A stretch of 64,000 nt of DNA from assembly GCF_041956535.1 (NCBI RefSeq), contig NW_027192208.1:149036-213035 (forward strand). The letters run 5' to 3'. The notes beneath the pieces were generated by a model, which was not told the origin of the DNA, made no database searches, and worked only from the letters and a program-made list of their open reading frames with translations. Shown here piece by piece: positions 60,862-64,000 of this stretch. A program made the translations under genes and the position numbers. Within the stretch, counting starts at the first letter, position 1; every line of letters begins with the position of its first letter. The stretch is from Calcarisporiella thermophila CBS 279.70 (taxonomy: Eukaryota; Fungi; Calcarisporiellomycota).

Positions 60862-61222
60862 ACGACTTAGAATACGCACACACACTCCCCCCCCCCCCTA
60901 TATATATAGAGAGAGCCATGGATGGCGTCGTTTCTTTCCTTCAAGCAAATAGATTTTTTATGAGAATAAATTACAAAGAAAAATGAAGAAATCTTTACAA
61001 GAAAAGGAGAAAAACAAAGACTGATCTTCCTACTCTCTCCTTATACAACAATAGAAACCACTCTCTACCCCCCACAGGAAGAGCGAAGGGATAAAGCGTC
61101 ACAAGCAAAAGTATTAAGTAAGCTAATAAATACCACGCCACTGTAGTTCCCTAAACGCCGGTATATGGATGAGTCAAAGCACCAGAGGTAAAAAAGATAT
61201 GAAATGAGCCAGAGCTCCTCCG

Positions 61223-63457
61223 CTATGTCCGATACATCCTCCTTGGATCCCCGGGCGAGGCGTTGGATGGGAAGGTGAACAGCCCCTCATGCGGGGTACC
61301 ACTCATCGACCGCGCCTCCGTTCTAAGCATCTGCTGTCGTGTGGAGCGCCTTACCCCGCCGGAGGCCGGGATCGGAGAGTGGGGGACTCCCTGGCCGCCC
61401 GCAGGGCCAGTGGGCACGCCGAATCCTCCCTCCATATAGGGGTATTTCCGGGTATGCCCACTGCCCATCGGCGGATACATTATCCCCGACGGAGGCGTGG
61501 CGTGCCCGCTTGACACGCCCAGCACCTCGTCATCGACCTCCGCTAAATTGCGCACCAAATGGGGAACATGCATGCTGGTACGGTGGGTTTTCAGCGGCTC
61601 ACGATCGGGAAGGGTAACCCCTCGTCTCCCGCGCGTTTGACGGCGTTTCCGTCGTGCGTCACGCTCACGATCGCGCTCCAGCTTCTCCAGCTCCAGTTCG
61701 GATAGCTGGACAAGTTGCGGCGTGAAGTGGTTGGCGGATTCCTCTCCACGGTATACATCTTCTACGGGGGGAAGGAAACCGGAGCGGAGGTCGTCGTCAA
61801 GGATCGGTCCCCCGTCGAACTCGTGGCCTGCCAGGAGTAAGGATTTGCGGTACACCTGCACTTGTTCACGAATAGAATGGGCAATGGCCGTCCTAGGAGC
61901 AATGAGGATGAGAAATGAATTCAATCGATGGAACCAGTATCGACCAGTGCCGACTTACTTGAATTCGCCGCCCAGACCCAATTCATTAGCCAGCTTATCG
62001 GCAAACATTTCGGGATTGTTTTTTGGACATGAAATATCCCACTCAAACTGATCCACGAGCGCAACATTGCCCACGGTGATGTCCAGCTATGAACACCGAA
62101 AACGTGTAAAAAAAAAAAGGAAATAAAGATAGAAAAGTGCACCCCTTACCTTGATCAATATACGCAATTCTTCCGCGCGTATTCTCTTGGTAGGGCGTTC
62201 GTCCGCCGACTTTTCGTGCTTCACCTCCGAATCACCCAGGTCCACTCCCTGCTCTGTATAGGCTTCTAGTTCCTCAACGGTAAAGCTGGGGGCATGGGTG
62301 TGATAGTCTTGCACCTGTTCGTGAATTGACTTGGCAATGGCAGACGTGAAGCTCGAGGGTGGAAGCTTCATATCCTCGCAGAGGACTTCAGCAAAATGTT
62401 CAGGAGTGACAAGGTTTTCTAAACAATAGTAAAAACGGGCCGGTTAACGGGGACTCTGACTCAAAACCGTAGAATGCTCTATAGGGGTACCATTTAAATT
62501 CCATGTAAACGTGTCTCGCAGCTTATACCCATCGAACTCGAGTTCCAACCGTATTGGCACTAGATTCTCCTCCTTTAAGGAGAGTTCGCTCACCGCATCA
62601 TCCGTAAACCTAAATTCTCGCGATCTTCGGGTCCGCTTCCTCTCCCCAGGGAGAATGATAGCAAATCGACGACCTGTGGTTCCATTGCCATATCCAGCAT
62701 AGCCGTATCCAAACGGAAGCGCTCCAGGGAGAGCTCGCTCGTGTTTTTCCGCGTTGGCAATTTCAATTTCACGCTTCTTCTGGTTTGCAAGCTCGCAGAA
62801 GCGCCGGTGTTGCTCGTCAAGTGTGTGCTGATAGAGAGAATCACGGCGCATATAAGCTTCAAGTTCGCGCTTTTGCATCGGGTTGAGTTCAGGTGTCTCA
62901 GGCTGGGTAGTTTGCGCAGTGGCAGTAGGCGTAGAGGAGGAATGCTGCGATGGAGCCTGTGCCTCACTGGAATTAGCTGCCGGATCGGTAGAGGATGAAG
63001 AAGGTGATGGAGGGACCGAAGGTTTTGAAGTTTTAGGTATAAATGGACGTGAAAGCTGTTGGCCGGGTGAGGAAGGAGCATTGAGTTGTGTCTGTTGCGG
63101 TTGCTGTGGTGGCAGCCGTTGCTGGAATTTATGTGATGGAGGAGAATGTTGTTGCTGCTGCTGGTGTTGTTGCTGCTGCTGCTGGTGTTGTTGTTGTAAT
63201 TGTTGCTGCTGTAACAACTGGGATTGTTGTGTTTGTTGCATATTTAGAGTGGCGTTTTGTTGATGTGAAAGAGAAAAAGATTGCGACATGGAGAGACTCT
63301 TAGATGATGGTATAGAGGACTCCAAACCTGTGGAATTTTGTTGTGCCAGCTGCATTAATGGAAAACTTACTGCATTAGCATTGTTAGGTGCGATCGAGGG
63401 GAAAGAAGAAAGGAAGTTGTTCGGCTGCTGATGATTTGATTGCTGATGGTGATCCAT
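61223..63457 (-). CDS. SNF5: SWI/SNF chromatin-remodelling subunit Snf5 with polyQ N-terminus, multi-exon
   Basis: [38 protein letters not shown]|[38 protein letters not shown]. Confidence 0.92.
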
Positions 63458-63726
63458 GGTCAAATAAAAATATAAAAAACTATGGATCTAAGGTATATGA
63501 AGATCAGCGTAGATGTTAGTGATTTGGACACTGTGGCCGAGCAAATACCACTGACAGTGTTGAAAGAAAAGATCGATTGCAACCCCCTCGGAATTGATTA
63601 AGATCTATGAAAAAATAGCTTCTCTCTCGCTACGTGTACTGCGTCACCAGCCCTCGTCCAATAATCAAAATTCCCTAGGATTAGAAATCCCACAACTCCT
63701 AAGCCATGGAATTTCCCTCAAACTGA

Positions 63727-63733
63727 TATAAAA
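63727..63733 (+). promoter_or_regulatory. TATA box of the U1 snRNA gene
   Basis: TATAAAA starting 37 nt upstream of the U1 5' end. Confidence 0.6.
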
Positions 63734-63763
63734 TGAAGCGTGTTGCGCGTGTCTAGATTCCTC

Positions 63764-63916
63764 ATACTTACCTGGGCAGAAGTCGATGTGGTCAAGACGG
63801 CGTCGGCTTCATCAGTGTCTGCTGACATTGCACAACCGTTCGGCGGACACTGGTGCGAACGCCCTCCGGGGCGTCTCGGTGCCATAATTTTTGTTAGTGG
63901 GGAGTTCTCTCCCCCG
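63764..63916 (+). ncRNA. U1: U1 spliceosomal snRNA
   Basis: 5' ATACTTACCTGG; helix H GGCA/TGCC; SL1 GAAGTCGATGT/GCGTCGGCTTC; SL2 loop ATTGCAC (U1A site); SL3; Sm site AATTTTTG 63886-63893; short terminal hairpin GGGGAG/CTCCCC. Confidence 0.97.
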
Positions 63917-64000
63917 AAATCACTACTATAAAAGAAAAAGATAGAGAATAATCAATATTTATTTGATATTGATACTCTAAAGAAGGTCCGGTTTCTTTAG

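Overview
This is gene-dense, intron-rich eukaryotic DNA. It most likely comes from an early-diverging fungus (Mucoromycota-like), inferred from a methionine synthase reductase together with an intron-containing IucA/IucC siderophore synthetase and fungal-type BEM3, SKG3/CAF120, Sas4-like and Sad1 genes. About 25 protein-coding genes can be reconstructed from GT-AG introns of mostly 55-130 nt: ACBP-ankyrin, NOP1, PEHE/Sas4-like, U1C, SRSF7-like SR protein, MTRR, homeobox, BEM3-like RhoGAP, BUB3, RCL1, NIS synthetase, a Rab11-FIP-like coiled-coil protein, PCMT1, RPB12, PRP4, two HMG-box genes, BRN1, FRS2, a SUN protein, a mucin-like membrane protein, RFA2, a SKG3/CAF120-like PH protein, HAM1 and SNF5. 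It also carries tRNA-Ala(AGC) and a U1 snRNA gene. No transposon, CRISPR or prokaryotic feature is evident. The most interesting unexplained signal is a hairpin-rich, apparently non-coding locus at about 45.2-45.55 kb between two convergent genes, whose upstream motifs resemble those of the U1 gene. Other notable points are a 9-nt terminal micro-exon supplying the FAD-shielding Trp of MTRR, an unusually long intron right after the Zn knuckle of the SR gene, a WRPW-tailed homeodomain protein, and possible fungal counterparts of Rab11-FIP and MSL1/KANSL1. All gene models were built by eye, so exon boundaries and some start codons are approximate.
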